A DNA stretch of 64,000 nt from Alphaproteobacteria bacterium. Lineage in GTDB: Bacteria > Pseudomonadota > Alphaproteobacteria > Methylaequorales > Methylaequoraceae. The translations under genes and the position numbers were made by a program. Below are positions 8,870 to 18,370 of the stretch, piece after piece. The number at the start of each line of letters is the position of its first letter. Position 1 is the first letter of the stretch. The DNA is taken from assembly GCA_045563055.1 (NCBI GenBank), contig JBJKUR010000007.1, positions 70,913-134,912 on the forward strand, read 5' to 3'. The notes under the pieces are model-generated. The model was not told where the DNA came from. It did not search any database and was given only the letters and a program-made list of their open reading frames with translations.

Positions 8870-9712
8870 TTATAAAGGTATCTTGAATATATCTCTAATT
8901 TTATCCATTAGCAAGGTCGTAACGGTTAAATCAGCGCAAGTTCCTGGATTGTAGTGAAATTTTTTTAGATACCTATCAAACTTTTTTAATTTTGCATCAT
9001 TATTTTTAAAATAATTAATACTTTTTTGTATAAAGAGACTTTTCTTGGATATCATTTTAGCTTTATATGCTCCAAACTTTCTTTGAATATGACTGTCATT
9101 GTCCCTTGCTAAATAATTTAAAAACAAAAGCTCTATTGCCCTAAGCCTTGGTATTTTTTGGCTTAGAGAACGAAAAAAAGGCAAACCAAACTCAAAAATT
9201 TCATTATAATTTTGAATGTAACATCTAGAAATTCTATCCCAATCAGAACCAATTCGCATAACTTTAGTAAAACCCAAGCTTTGACTCGATTGTAAAACAT
9301 TTCCATTCCCACTATAATTTTGAAGGCCAGCTGGCTTGATATGACTTATAGATTTAATTATTAGGTCTCCATCTTTCTTTGAGATTCTTGTGAGGAGCTT
9401 TTTGAGTTGACTTTTTAAACTTTCTTTTTTCATTAAACTCAGTTTTAGGAGTGGAGCGCACAAAAGAATAATTCCAAGATTATAATTTGAGTTTAAACTT
9501 GTTTTACACTTTTTAACTGATAGATAAATTCCTTCTCCTAGGCTTAAATTTTTACTTATTAAGTATTCTGATGATATTTTGGCGGCATATTTAAATTTTA
9601 ATTTACTCATACTGTGTAATCCTGAAAATGAATTTAAATTTCCTGGTTTTAAAGCTTCAAGTTCCTCAGAACATATATTATTAAAAACTTTTTTTAAGAT
9701 TTCTTCTGACAC
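8870..9712 (-). CDS. triphosphoribosyl-dephospho-CoA synthase (CitG/MdcB)-like protein of the H4MPT cluster
   Basis: 280 aa, sitting between the RimK-like gene and fae as in Methylobacterium (orf7 position). The C-terminal motif is PGTCADLTVTTLL. Confidence 0.6.
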   Translation of the reverse strand: MSEEILKKVFNNICSEELEALKPGNLNSFSGLHSMSKLKFKYAAKISSEYLISKNLSLGEGIYLSVKKCKTSLNSNYNLGIILLCAPLLKLSLMKKESLKSQLKKLLTRISKKDGDLIIKSISHIKPAGLQNYSGNGNVLQSSQSLGFTKVMRIGSDWDRISRCYIQNYNEIFEFGLPFFRSLSQKIPRLRAIELLFLNYLARDNDSHIQRKFGAYKAKMISKKSLFIQKSINYFKNNDAKLKKFDRYLKKFHYNPGTCADLTVTTLLMDKIRDIFKIPL

Positions 9713-10599
9713 TTTTTCTCCAAAGTCTTTAAAAAATCGTTAACCAAAATTTCAGAAATATCTAACTCCTCGACTTTTTGAAGAGAATTCCAGGATGGGA
9801 TACTATTTACTTCCAAGATGTAATATCTTTTTTTGAATAGTTTTATATCAATACCACCATATCCTAGGCCAAATAACCTTGAAACTTTATTACTTAGTTT
9901 TCTTAGTTCATTATTTAATTTAATCTTCTCGATTTTTGAGCCTTGATAAGCATTTGTAACATAGTTTGTTGATATTCTTTTCATGGCAGAAATAGCTCGA
10001 TGATTACTAACCAATACTCTTATATCCCAAAATAATTTATCACTCTTATCACCTAAAAAGTTTTGCAAATAGAATACATCTCCTAAAGCACTCAAATTTT
10101 GAACATTTGAATCTTTATTAATAAATTTTATGTTTTTCCCCTGAGATCCAAAAATTGGTTTTAGGAGTGAATCCCTTAGGACTTTTTTTTTCAAGTTCCC
10201 TATTGAGACATAGGTAACAGGTGAGAGAATTTTATTAATACTTAATAACCCTGTGCTTCTTACTTTATCAACAGTTTTTTCTATTACCTGTCCGGAGTTG
10301 TGAACATAAATACCGATTTGTTCTAGGAGATGTAAAAAAGTTAACTTTGTTGTTATTTTTTCTAAAGTTCCGTTGTTTATAAATCTTGCCCAAACGCCAT
10401 TTATTTTTTTTATTTTTTTATTAAATAAAAATTCTTCATTATTATTAAAAAAGGCACTTAATTCCTCATACTTGATCTTAAGTACTTTGCATTTCTTTTT
10501 CTTTAGGTTTATTTCTAGTTGTTGGCTATGCCAATCATGAATATCACTGATTATAGCAATGTGGTGCATGGATTCATATTGATGAGAAAGAACTTTCAA
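9694..10599 (-). CDS. RimK-family ATP-grasp alpha-L-glutamate ligase (MptN-like, H4MPT glutamylation)
   Basis: KPIFGSQGKNI, GGIDIKL...YILEVNSIPSW and its position directly downstream of mch. Confidence 0.7.
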   Translation of the reverse strand: MKVLSHQYESMHHIAIISDIHDWHSQQLEINLKKKKCKVLKIKYEELSAFFNNNEEFLFNKKIKKINGVWARFINNGTLEKITTKLTFLHLLEQIGIYVHNSGQVIEKTVDKVRSTGLLSINKILSPVTYVSIGNLKKKVLRDSLLKPIFGSQGKNIKFINKDSNVQNLSALGDVFYLQNFLGDKSDKLFWDIRVLVSNHRAISAMKRISTNYVTNAYQGSKIEKIKLNNELRKLSNKVSRLFGLGYGGIDIKLFKKRYYILEVNSIPSWNSLQKVEELDISEILVNDFLKTLEKKCQKKS

Positions 10600-11527
10600 T
10601 TAGTTCGTGATTGGTATCACCACTGCTGTAAACTTTCCCGGTTTGTTTGGAATTTAAAAGAACACGCGCAGGGCTAAAGAGGTTTCCATCAATTTTGTAG
10701 AAATCCTTTTCATAATCTAAAAAAATTTTTTTGAACGGTTTGCCATAATCTTTTGAATTTATGCTTGGCAATTCTTTTGACAGCTTTATTATTTTTTTAT
10801 CATCTGCATCTACCATCAAACTAACATCTCCTCCATATATAATTGCATCATTAGTCCTACCCATCCCAGTAATAAAATCAGACGCTACAGGAGGAATAGG
10901 TGCCGATGCAGAACCAGAAATAATTGTATTTAATGGAAATTCAAGCTCATGTATTTTGTGAATTGCAACCTCAAGAACTCTTGAAACAACTTGAATTGTC
11001 CCACAAATTGATGTGGTCGGCGTTAATATGAAGGTCAAATCATTTGGGAGCACATCACAATCTGAAGCAACTTTTTTAACAATTTCCTCTGGGGGAGTTT
11101 TATCAACTTCAAGGACTAAACATGTTTTAGAGTTCTTATCTGAATAATTAATTTTTGAAAATATTTCTTCTTTCTGAGCCAAAGCTCTGGCAGGACCAGA
11201 ACCAAGAGAAAAAAAACTGTTATGATTTAGACTCCACCCTGCATATTGTGAACCCAAACATGATAATACCGGTTTTGAGGAATGAACTGAAATTTTTTGA
11301 AAGGAGGTGCTAAATTGATTAGATGGCAAAATATTTACGAAACCAAGACCACCCATACAAATTTCTGAAATAATCAGTGCAGCTTCTATGCTTCCATTTG
11401 TTTTTACTCCTGCATCTATAATTATTGAATTCATTGGACCTTCAAAGACATCTATATTTAGAGCATCTTTTTTTTTTATGAGTTTTTTGACTAGTGTCTC
11501 GGTTTGTTTATTTATGCTATAATTCAT
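10574..11527 (-). CDS. mch: methenyl-H4MPT cyclohydrolase
   Basis: 317 aa with ..DAGVKTNGSIEAAL..EICMGGLG.., LSCLGSQYAGWSL and SLGSGPARALA. Confidence 0.9.
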   Translation of the reverse strand: MNYSINKQTETLVKKLIKKKDALNIDVFEGPMNSIIIDAGVKTNGSIEAALIISEICMGGLGFVNILPSNQFSTSFQKISVHSSKPVLSCLGSQYAGWSLNHNSFFSLGSGPARALAQKEEIFSKINYSDKNSKTCLVLEVDKTPPEEIVKKVASDCDVLPNDLTFILTPTTSICGTIQVVSRVLEVAIHKIHELEFPLNTIISGSASAPIPPVASDFITGMGRTNDAIIYGGDVSLMVDADDKKIIKLSKELPSINSKDYGKPFKKIFLDYEKDFYKIDGNLFSPARVLLNSKQTGKVYSSGDTNHELIESSFSSI

Positions 11528-11535
11528 TAAATTAT

Positions 11536-12655
11536 TTAATTTAAATTACTTAAAATTTTATACGACATTTTCTCTAAATTTTCTCTTAATTTCTCAATTT
11601 TTTTAGATGTTAGGTGAATAAGACAGATAGGATCATTTTTTTTTATTTTTTGTCCAATACTAGGTAATTCAGAAATATACTCTTTCCCTTTTAGTTTTTT
11701 TAAATATTTTAAATTTTCATTCTCAATACTAATACTTTTTAAACTATAGACTATTTGAGTGGCAAAAAAATTCTTATAAAAAGTTTTTTTTAAAATCAAT
11801 TTTTTTTCAAAAAGATTGTTACTGATTCTCCACAAAATATTTGTACTTAAACCTGGACGAGCATTGAGCTCTATAATGAAAATTCTTTTTGTAATGGCTT
11901 CTTCAATAATATCAATGTTGCACAACCCATTAAGCTTTAAGGCTTTAGTTAATTTACAACATATTTTTGAAAGATTTTTCATCAATGAATATTCAATATT
12001 TTTTGTTATAAGACCTTTTATAATAAAAGGTTGCTCTCTTCTCTTACTAAAAATTTGATTACAAACACATAAAATTTTTGCCTTATTTTTATCTGAAAAA
12101 AATTGAACCGATAAATGCTCGCCTTCAATTAATTTTTGATAATATTCATTTTTTTTTATTTGAGAATTTTTTCTAGTTTTTTTTACTTGGTTTCCACCAA
12201 ATGATTGAAAACTTTTTTTTAAATTTACTTTTCCACATAATTTTTTTTTCTGTGACCATTCGGGGCAATCTTCTTTGATTTGAGTTAATAATTTAAAAAA
12301 CCTAGAAGATTTGATAAAATTATGTATTTTCAATGAATTTCCTTTGTTCTCTCTGTTATCAAAAAAGGACTCATTAAACATTTGTTCTGAAAAACCAGAT
12401 CCAATTAAAATCTCGGAATTTTTTTCTGGATCTCTAAGTTTTATAAATTCTTTGATTTTCTCTATTTCACTGAACTCACAACAGAGGATTTCTTTTGTGT
12501 AATTTTTTAATCCGAGGCTGTCAAATTTACAAATGCAAAAGACCTTATAATTAAGATTAAAAAAAACCTTTGCTAAATCCTCACAATAACTTGCTATAAT
12601 AAAAATTTTTTTTATTTAATACCCAAGACCTCTCTTGCAGTTGTAAGTGCTTCAT
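11536..12655 (-). CDS. ATP-grasp ligase of the H4MPT/methanofuran cluster (possible MfnD-like), 5' frame break as assembled
   Basis: CNIDIIE...IFIIELNARPG is an ATP-grasp C-terminus. The frame is open 78 codons upstream of ATG 12381 (IKKIFIIASYCEDLAK...) with no canonical start. ATG 12655 joins it if the T8 run 12606-12613 is one base shorter. Confidence 0.6.
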
Positions 12656-13511
12656 TAAAATTTAGATAAAGAGGTTTTTCACTAGAACACATTTTTTCAA
12701 ACATTCTATACTGAGTTTTTACTTTTATATCACCCGATGTGAGTGGTCCTATAGATAATGCACCACATGGGTGTTTTGAATTGTCGTCATTCAAATTCAC
12801 TCCTCCGAGGCCTGCTGGAGGGACAGCATTTACATCAGCTAGAATCAATGCTTTTTTTGATAGATTCAATTGATCTTTGCTTATAACCTCTGTTCCTGCG
12901 CGTGCTGCACAAAAAATTATTTCTGCATCATGAAGGTAAGATTCATTTAGTTTATCTGAAGAGCCGTCACTTGGTTGAATTTCAACTCCAAACCTAGATT
13001 TGTATTCATCAGCTTTTTTTCTTACATTCTCAATCCCATCATAACCAATTATATTACATTTGGCTCCTTCTTTTGCGCACATTACTGCTGATATTCCTCC
13101 TACTATTCCTTTACCTCCATAGATAATTATATTTTTATCTTTGAAGTTCGATTTAAAGCGGTCCTTCAGAGTTTTTTCTGTGCATGCAACCATAGCTGCC
13201 GCTGTTGTAAAAGAACCAGCCGGGTCAGGAAAAACAGAGATCTCAAATGGTGGTACCATAGATTTTTTTGCCATTTCCATCATATCAAGCGCCAGTGATG
13301 CATCTTTACCACAAATAAAAATCCCAGTTTTTCTTGCATTACTGACTGAACGGGAAAATATAGCATCTTGGACAAGACCTTTTACATCAGTCAAGTTTAC
13401 ATTTGTGTACGGTAAAACTAAATCATACCCAGCATCACAAGCCATGTTAACATCGAATGGACTCACGTTTTCTTGCGGGCTAATCATGTGAAGAATATTT
13501 TTTTTCGTCAT
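12612..13511 (-). CDS. mtdB: NAD(P)-dependent methylene-H4MPT dehydrogenase
   Basis: 299 aa with ISPQENVSPFDVNMACDAGYD and VFPDPAGSFTTAAAMVA. The position mptG-mtdB-..-mch matches methylotroph clusters. MtdA cannot be excluded. Confidence 0.85.
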   Translation of the reverse strand: MTKKNILHMISPQENVSPFDVNMACDAGYDLVLPYTNVNLTDVKGLVQDAIFSRSVSNARKTGIFICGKDASLALDMMEMAKKSMVPPFEISVFPDPAGSFTTAAAMVACTEKTLKDRFKSNFKDKNIIIYGGKGIVGGISAVMCAKEGAKCNIIGYDGIENVRKKADEYKSRFGVEIQPSDGSSDKLNESYLHDAEIIFCAARAGTEVISKDQLNLSKKALILADVNAVPPAGLGGVNLNDDNSKHPCGALSIGPLTSGDIKVKTQYRMFEKMCSSEKPLYLNFNEALTTAREVLGIK

Positions 13512-14482
13512 TTTTTTTCCTTTTCTGTAAAAATTTTACCGTAGTTTCTTCCCTCAACCTTTAGCAACTTAATCCCCTTCATTTTATTTAAAAAAATATA
13601 TTTTTCTAGATATTTTAACAATTCATTTCTTTTTTTTTCATTCTCAGAAAATACGAAACCAGTGGGTCCCCATGAAGATTGACCGAAGCTAATTATTTTT
13701 TTTTTTCTAAGGTTCGAGAAAATTTTTTCAATTTGCTTGCTTGCAAATTTATTCGGATGACTGTAAAACTTTTCCGACATATCGTCTTGGATTTGTCTTA
13801 TTCCTTTAGAAAATTGTCCAAAATTTTTTTCTATCAAGCCAGGAATTATATTCATTAATACCGATTTGAAATTTAAATTTGGTTGAGTTTTATTAATCCT
13901 TTTGATTTTTTTGAATTCGTTTAATTCTTTTTTGCCGTATAACCCCGAACGGTTAGAATCTTCTAAAAGAAGTATTTTCCAATTTTTTGGCCACTTGATA
14001 TTCATTATGTTTAATGGAGGATAAGCAGAACCTTTTAATTTTCCAACATCAATATTAAATCCACCTCTTTTGAAAGATTCGATTCCAATGCCAGACCTAA
14101 GCCCTCTTTTTAAAATGATAGATATTTCATTAACATTGAGTTTAATTTTGTTTAATTTACAAATCAAGAAACCAACGGCAAGACAAAGCTGAGTTCCAGA
14201 ACCTAATCCTTTGTGAACTGGTATAATAGATAATACTGTTATTTTAAAGTTCTGTAATTTTTTTTTTTTGGAGATTATCTCTACGATTTTCTTTATTTTT
14301 GTTTTTAAAGATTTGTCTCTACATTCTATTTTCATATGAATTGAGTTTTCAATTTTTATTTTGTAGGAATATTTTGAAATAGTTAAACCAAGACTTCCAA
14401 ACATTCTCTCACTGCTTTCGTCTAGATTTAGAAATCCAAAGTGTATTCTAGCTGGGGAATTTAAAATCGAATATGTTTTCAT
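13508..14482 (-). CDS. mptG: beta-ribofuranosylaminobenzene 5'-phosphate synthase (GHMP-kinase fold)
   Basis: SPARIHFGFLNL and PVHKGLGSGTQLCLAVG. I prefer ATG 14482 over the ORF-track start at 14530. Confidence 0.8.
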   Translation of the reverse strand: MKTYSILNSPARIHFGFLNLDESSERMFGSLGLTISKYSYKIKIENSIHMKIECRDKSLKTKIKKIVEIISKKKKLQNFKITVLSIIPVHKGLGSGTQLCLAVGFLICKLNKIKLNVNEISIILKRGLRSGIGIESFKRGGFNIDVGKLKGSAYPPLNIMNIKWPKNWKILLLEDSNRSGLYGKKELNEFKKIKRINKTQPNLNFKSVLMNIIPGLIEKNFGQFSKGIRQIQDDMSEKFYSHPNKFASKQIEKIFSNLRKKKIISFGQSSWGPTGFVFSENEKKRNELLKYLEKYIFLNKMKGIKLLKVEGRNYGKIFTEKEKK

Positions 14483-14573
14483 ATATTTTTTTAGTTGGTT
14501 TATTAATTTTAAATTTAAATATATTATCAAACTATCAAACAGTTTATATTAAAAGAAACCCATAGGAAATGTT

Positions 14574-14951
14574 GTGAATAAAAAAGAAAAAGTTTTTAGC
14601 GAATCGGAAATAGAGAGTTTTCTTATAAAAAACCTTAATGGATGGAAATATGATGGCAAATGGATTCGTAAAACTTACAAAACTCATAGTTGGAAATCCA
14701 CACTTATGGTTGTGAATGCTGTTGGGCACTTATCGGAGTTAGCTTGGCACCATCCGGACCTCCAAGTATCATATGCATTTGTTGAAGTGAAATTAATGAA
14801 CCATGCTATGAAGGGAATAACTCAACTCGATTTTGATCTAGCTATGAAAATCGACGAATTCATTTTGTGGAATCCAGGTATAGATAAAGAATCTTCTCTT
14901 GAAGGGACTCCTTCTGATCCAAGGTTTGCCTATATTAAGTATAATAAATAA
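14574..14951 (+). CDS. pterin-4a-carbinolamine dehydratase family protein
   Basis: The motif HLSELAWHHPDLQVSYAFVEVKLMNH is PCD-like. It has a GTG start, and its stop overlaps the fhcB ATG (TAATG). Confidence 0.8.
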   Translation: MNKKEKVFSESEIESFLIKNLNGWKYDGKWIRKTYKTHSWKSTLMVVNAVGHLSELAWHHPDLQVSYAFVEVKLMNHAMKGITQLDFDLAMKIDEFILWNPGIDKESSLEGTPSDPRFAYIKYNK

Positions 14952-16051
14952 TGCCAGAAAGCATCAAAGACTTTTACTGGTTCGGGTTTTCGAATCAGAA
15001 AAATTTTACTCAATCATTTTCATCAGAATACAAATTAGATGCAGCCCCCCTAATAAATGGAAAGATAGTAGGACTAAATCAAGCTTTAGAGAAGTTAAAT
15101 AAGACAATTAGCGAAAGAGATTCAATTCATTTTGATGCAATGAATTGCGATCAGAATTCATTGTCTAGCATCTTTGATCTGGCAGAATTTTCAAGATCTT
15201 CTGTAAATCACCAAGATGGAAGTGAAATTAATAGCTTCTATAAAGCTCTGAGTATTCATGGTGGTTCATTGATTTCATTTAATGAATTAAAAAAAAGATC
15301 TGATTTGATATTTTTTATCGGTTACTTTGATTTTGATTTGATTAAAAGTTTTCAAAACTCTATTGAATGGAAAAAAAATAAGTTTAATGATTGCACTTAT
15401 TATTTTAGTGGCCTTAAGACAAAAACGCCAAGTAAGTATCCACTTAATTTTTTTGAAAACTTTAATGAACTTTTTGATTTGGTTGTTAATGACAAAACCA
15501 ACGCAAAGTTTCCTAGTCTAAACAAACAATTTGCAATTTCAAAATATCCAGTTTTTGTTCTAAATCCCAAAAATGGAAGTACAGAAATCAATGAGATATT
15601 TAAACTGTCTGAAAAACTAAATAAAATGGGAAAAAAAATAAGGTTATTTAAATTTTCAGGTGAAAATAATTCTTCTGGTTTTGTAAATGCCTGTATCACA
15701 AAAACTGGATTTCCATGTTCAGTGAATTTTTCAGATTGGGGAGCATATCATGACCCTGAATATTATACTGCGAGTGTGCAAAATAAACTTAAATCAACTC
15801 AGATTCTATTTTCAAACCTAACTTTTTCTACAAATTATACAAAATTTAAGAAAAATATTTTTATAGGACACCCTAACTTTTCTGATCGAAGGTTTTTTGA
15901 TATTTACATTCCAGTCAAAACACCTGGAATCGATACAGATGGATTAGTAGTAAGATCTGACGGAAATGCAATGCTTAAATTAGAAAAAAAAATTGAATCA
16001 AATTATCCTACAATACATCACATTATTAACTCAATAGTTAGCCATGGTTAA
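14951..16051 (+). CDS. fhcB: formyltransferase/hydrolase complex subunit B (FmdB/FwdB homologue)
   Basis: 366 aa with FwdB-like architecture. It lies immediately upstream of, and overlaps, the formyltransferase gene. Confidence 0.75.
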   Translation: MPESIKDFYWFGFSNQKNFTQSFSSEYKLDAAPLINGKIVGLNQALEKLNKTISERDSIHFDAMNCDQNSLSSIFDLAEFSRSSVNHQDGSEINSFYKALSIHGGSLISFNELKKRSDLIFFIGYFDFDLIKSFQNSIEWKKNKFNDCTYYFSGLKTKTPSKYPLNFFENFNELFDLVVNDKTNAKFPSLNKQFAISKYPVFVLNPKNGSTEINEIFKLSEKLNKMGKKIRLFKFSGENNSSGFVNACITKTGFPCSVNFSDWGAYHDPEYYTASVQNKLKSTQILFSNLTFSTNYTKFKKNIFIGHPNFSDRRFFDIYIPVKTPGIDTDGLVVRSDGNAMLKLEKKIESNYPTIHHIINSIVSHG

Positions 16052-16928
16052 GATCAATAATACGTTTGCAGAGGCATTTCCAATGAAAGCCTCTCGTCTG
16101 ATAGTGACTGCAATAAATGAAAGCTGGGCCTTAAAGACGGCAGAATCATTTTGTGGATTTGCTACATCAGTTATAGCATGTGGTTGTGAAGCAGGAGTTG
16201 AAAAAACCTTACGTCCAATTGAGACCCCTGACGGTAGACCAGGTGTTTCAATTTTAGTGTTTTCAATGTCTTCTAAAGAACTTTCGAAACAAATTTTAAA
16301 TAGAACTGGTCAATGTGTTATGACAAGCCCAACCTCGTCTGTTTTTTCTGGAAATGATGGTAATCAAAAAATTCCACTTGGAAATTCCTTGAGATACTTT
16401 GGTGATGGGATGCAAATATCAAAGTTAATTGCAAATAAAAGATTTTGGAGAATACCAGTGATGGATGGTGAGTTCTTGTGTGAAGATTTTGCTTATCAAA
16501 TGGATGGAATTGGGGGTGGAAATTTTTTAATTTTAGGAGATAGCAAAGAGAATGTTTTGCGAGCCGCAGAAAAAGCCGTCTTGAAGATGAATAAATTAAA
16601 AAATATAATCTTACCATTTCCAGGTGGTATTGTAAGATCTGGTTCCAAAGTAGGATCTAAATATAAAGATCTTATAGCTTCAAGTAATTTCGAATACTGC
16701 CCAACCATACAAGGGGTTGTAAAGACGAAGCTAAATAAAAGAATAAAATGTGTTTTAGAAATAGTAATTGACGGAATTTATAGAGAAGATATTGAGCTAG
16801 CAATGAAAGTTGGAATTACCGAAATACTTAAGAACAAAAACAAAACAGGAATATATGAAATATCAGCTGGTAATTACGGTGGGAAATTGGGCCCATATTT
16901 GTTTAAACTGAAATCTATAATAAAATGA
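16044..16928 (+). CDS. fhcD: formylmethanofuran:H4MPT formyltransferase
   Basis: FAEAFPMKASRLIVTA, TPDGRPGVSILVF, WRIPVMDGEF and PFPGGIVRSGSKVGSKY. Confidence 0.9.
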   Translation: MVKINNTFAEAFPMKASRLIVTAINESWALKTAESFCGFATSVIACGCEAGVEKTLRPIETPDGRPGVSILVFSMSSKELSKQILNRTGQCVMTSPTSSVFSGNDGNQKIPLGNSLRYFGDGMQISKLIANKRFWRIPVMDGEFLCEDFAYQMDGIGGGNFLILGDSKENVLRAAEKAVLKMNKLKNIILPFPGGIVRSGSKVGSKYKDLIASSNFEYCPTIQGVVKTKLNKRIKCVLEIVIDGIYREDIELAMKVGITEILKNKNKTGIYEISAGNYGGKLGPYLFKLKSIIK

Positions 16929-17740
16929 AAACAATCAGACTTAAATCAAAATTTAAAGTTAACTATCAACTAGACCTCAGAAATCTAAGTAAAATAGAAA
17001 ATACATACAATTTAAAAACCATTCAAAATATTAAGATTCTTTTGAATAATAGAGAAAAAAAACTGCATGAATTTTTTTATATTTACATTAATGAAAACAA
17101 ATCATCTGAATTTGAACTAATCTTAGAGGGTTTGAATAGTAATTGCAATTTTGTTGGCTGGAAATGGAAAAATGGGGTTTTGAGAGTAAAATCTAATATT
17201 GGTATTTTTCTTGGTGGAAAAATGCTTAATGGTAAAATAATAGTTTATGGATCAGTGGAAAATAACTGTGGGTCAGGTATGTATAATGGAACAATAATTA
17301 TTAAATCGAATGCAAAAAACTTTGTTTGTTCAAATTTACCAGGTGAGAGATCAGGAATGTCAGGAGGAGTAGTAATTATAAGGGGTAACGTCGGTGATTA
17401 CTTAGGCTTTAGGATGAAAAAGGGGATGATATTCGTCAATGGCATAACAGGAAAATTTTGTGGTAATAATATGATAGCTGGGACTATTATAGCAAAAAAA
17501 GGAGTAGGAGATTATGTAGGGATTGGAATGAAGAGAGGAACTATAATAACAAATACAAACTTACCTTTAACATTCGGATTTGTTGAGAGTGGAGGGGAGA
17601 CGGTAAATTATCTTCACCTTTTAAATAAATTTTTTGAAAAAAAATTTGATATTAAAATATTTAATAAGATATCCCATATAAAGAAATACATGGGTGATAG
17701 CAAAGAAAATGGATTGGGAGAAATATTCTTAGTTAATTAG
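16925..17740 (+). CDS. fhcC: formyltransferase/hydrolase complex subunit C (FmdC/FwdC homologue)
   Basis: Repeated G-rich beta-helix units: GKIIVYGSV..GSGMYNGTIII, GGVVIIRGNVGDYLG..MKKGMIFVNG and GTIIAKKGVGDYVG. Confidence 0.85.
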   Translation: MKTIRLKSKFKVNYQLDLRNLSKIENTYNLKTIQNIKILLNNREKKLHEFFYIYINENKSSEFELILEGLNSNCNFVGWKWKNGVLRVKSNIGIFLGGKMLNGKIIVYGSVENNCGSGMYNGTIIIKSNAKNFVCSNLPGERSGMSGGVVIIRGNVGDYLGFRMKKGMIFVNGITGKFCGNNMIAGTIIAKKGVGDYVGIGMKRGTIITNTNLPLTFGFVESGGETVNYLHLLNKFFEKKFDIKIFNKISHIKKYMGDSKENGLGEIFLVN

Positions 17741-18337
17741 TTTTTTTTTAAGCATCAAGATTAACCCCTTTAGCCCATCATTGTTAATTGTTTCACTAAA
17801 CTCAGCTTTCTTTGTTGCAACTTCACTTATAGAGCCATCAATTAAGACATCAAAAATTTTCCATTCATTTTCTTTTAGATGCATAAGATAGCTTATGAAT
17901 ATTTTATCTTTAATATTTATCAATAAATTAACATTTATAAGTTTATATTTCTTTCCAATATCCTTAGTATTTAAAATCTCAAACTCTAATTTGTTTATTT
18001 TGCTAAATTTTCTTATGTAATTTGAGGCTATGTAATTCTGAAAGACCCTTATAAATCTGTCCCTTATGATTTGATCTTGTTTTTTCCAATTTTCACCAAC
18101 TATCATTCTGCCCATTTTTTGAGAGTCGTACGTTTTTTTTATTGTATCATGAATAAAATCAAAATCAGAGTCATGCGAATTACGCTCAACTATTTTTATT
18201 AAACTTTCGTGAAGAATTATAAGGTTGGTATCCGGGTTTTCTTGACTCTGTGAATACGAAAAGAACCCCCAAAAAAAAATAACAGTTGCTAGCTTTATAT
18301 AATTATTGCAAAAACAGATAGATGATATTGAACTCAC
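17729..18337 (-). CDS. MlaC/Ttg2D-family periplasmic lipid-binding protein (HpnM-like, hopanoid-associated)
   Basis: Signal-like N-terminus and Ttg2D-like core (MGRMIVGENWKK...FQNYIASNYIRKF). It is divergent from hpnA. Confidence 0.6.
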   Translation of the reverse strand: MSSISSICFCNNYIKLATVIFFWGFFSYSQSQENPDTNLIILHESLIKIVERNSHDSDFDFIHDTIKKTYDSQKMGRMIVGENWKKQDQIIRDRFIRVFQNYIASNYIRKFSKINKLEFEILNTKDIGKKYKLINVNLLINIKDKIFISYLMHLKENEWKIFDVLIDGSISEVATKKAEFSETINNDGLKGLILMLKKKLIN

Positions 18338-18370
18338 ACATTATATATACCATGAATTACTCTAAAAAAA

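Noticed and set aside
12604-12615. ATA or ATT as a non-canonical start for the second ATP-grasp gene.
   Set aside because: A one-base surplus in the adjacent T8 run gives a canonical ATG (12655), consistent with the systematic pattern. I retain it only as an alternative.
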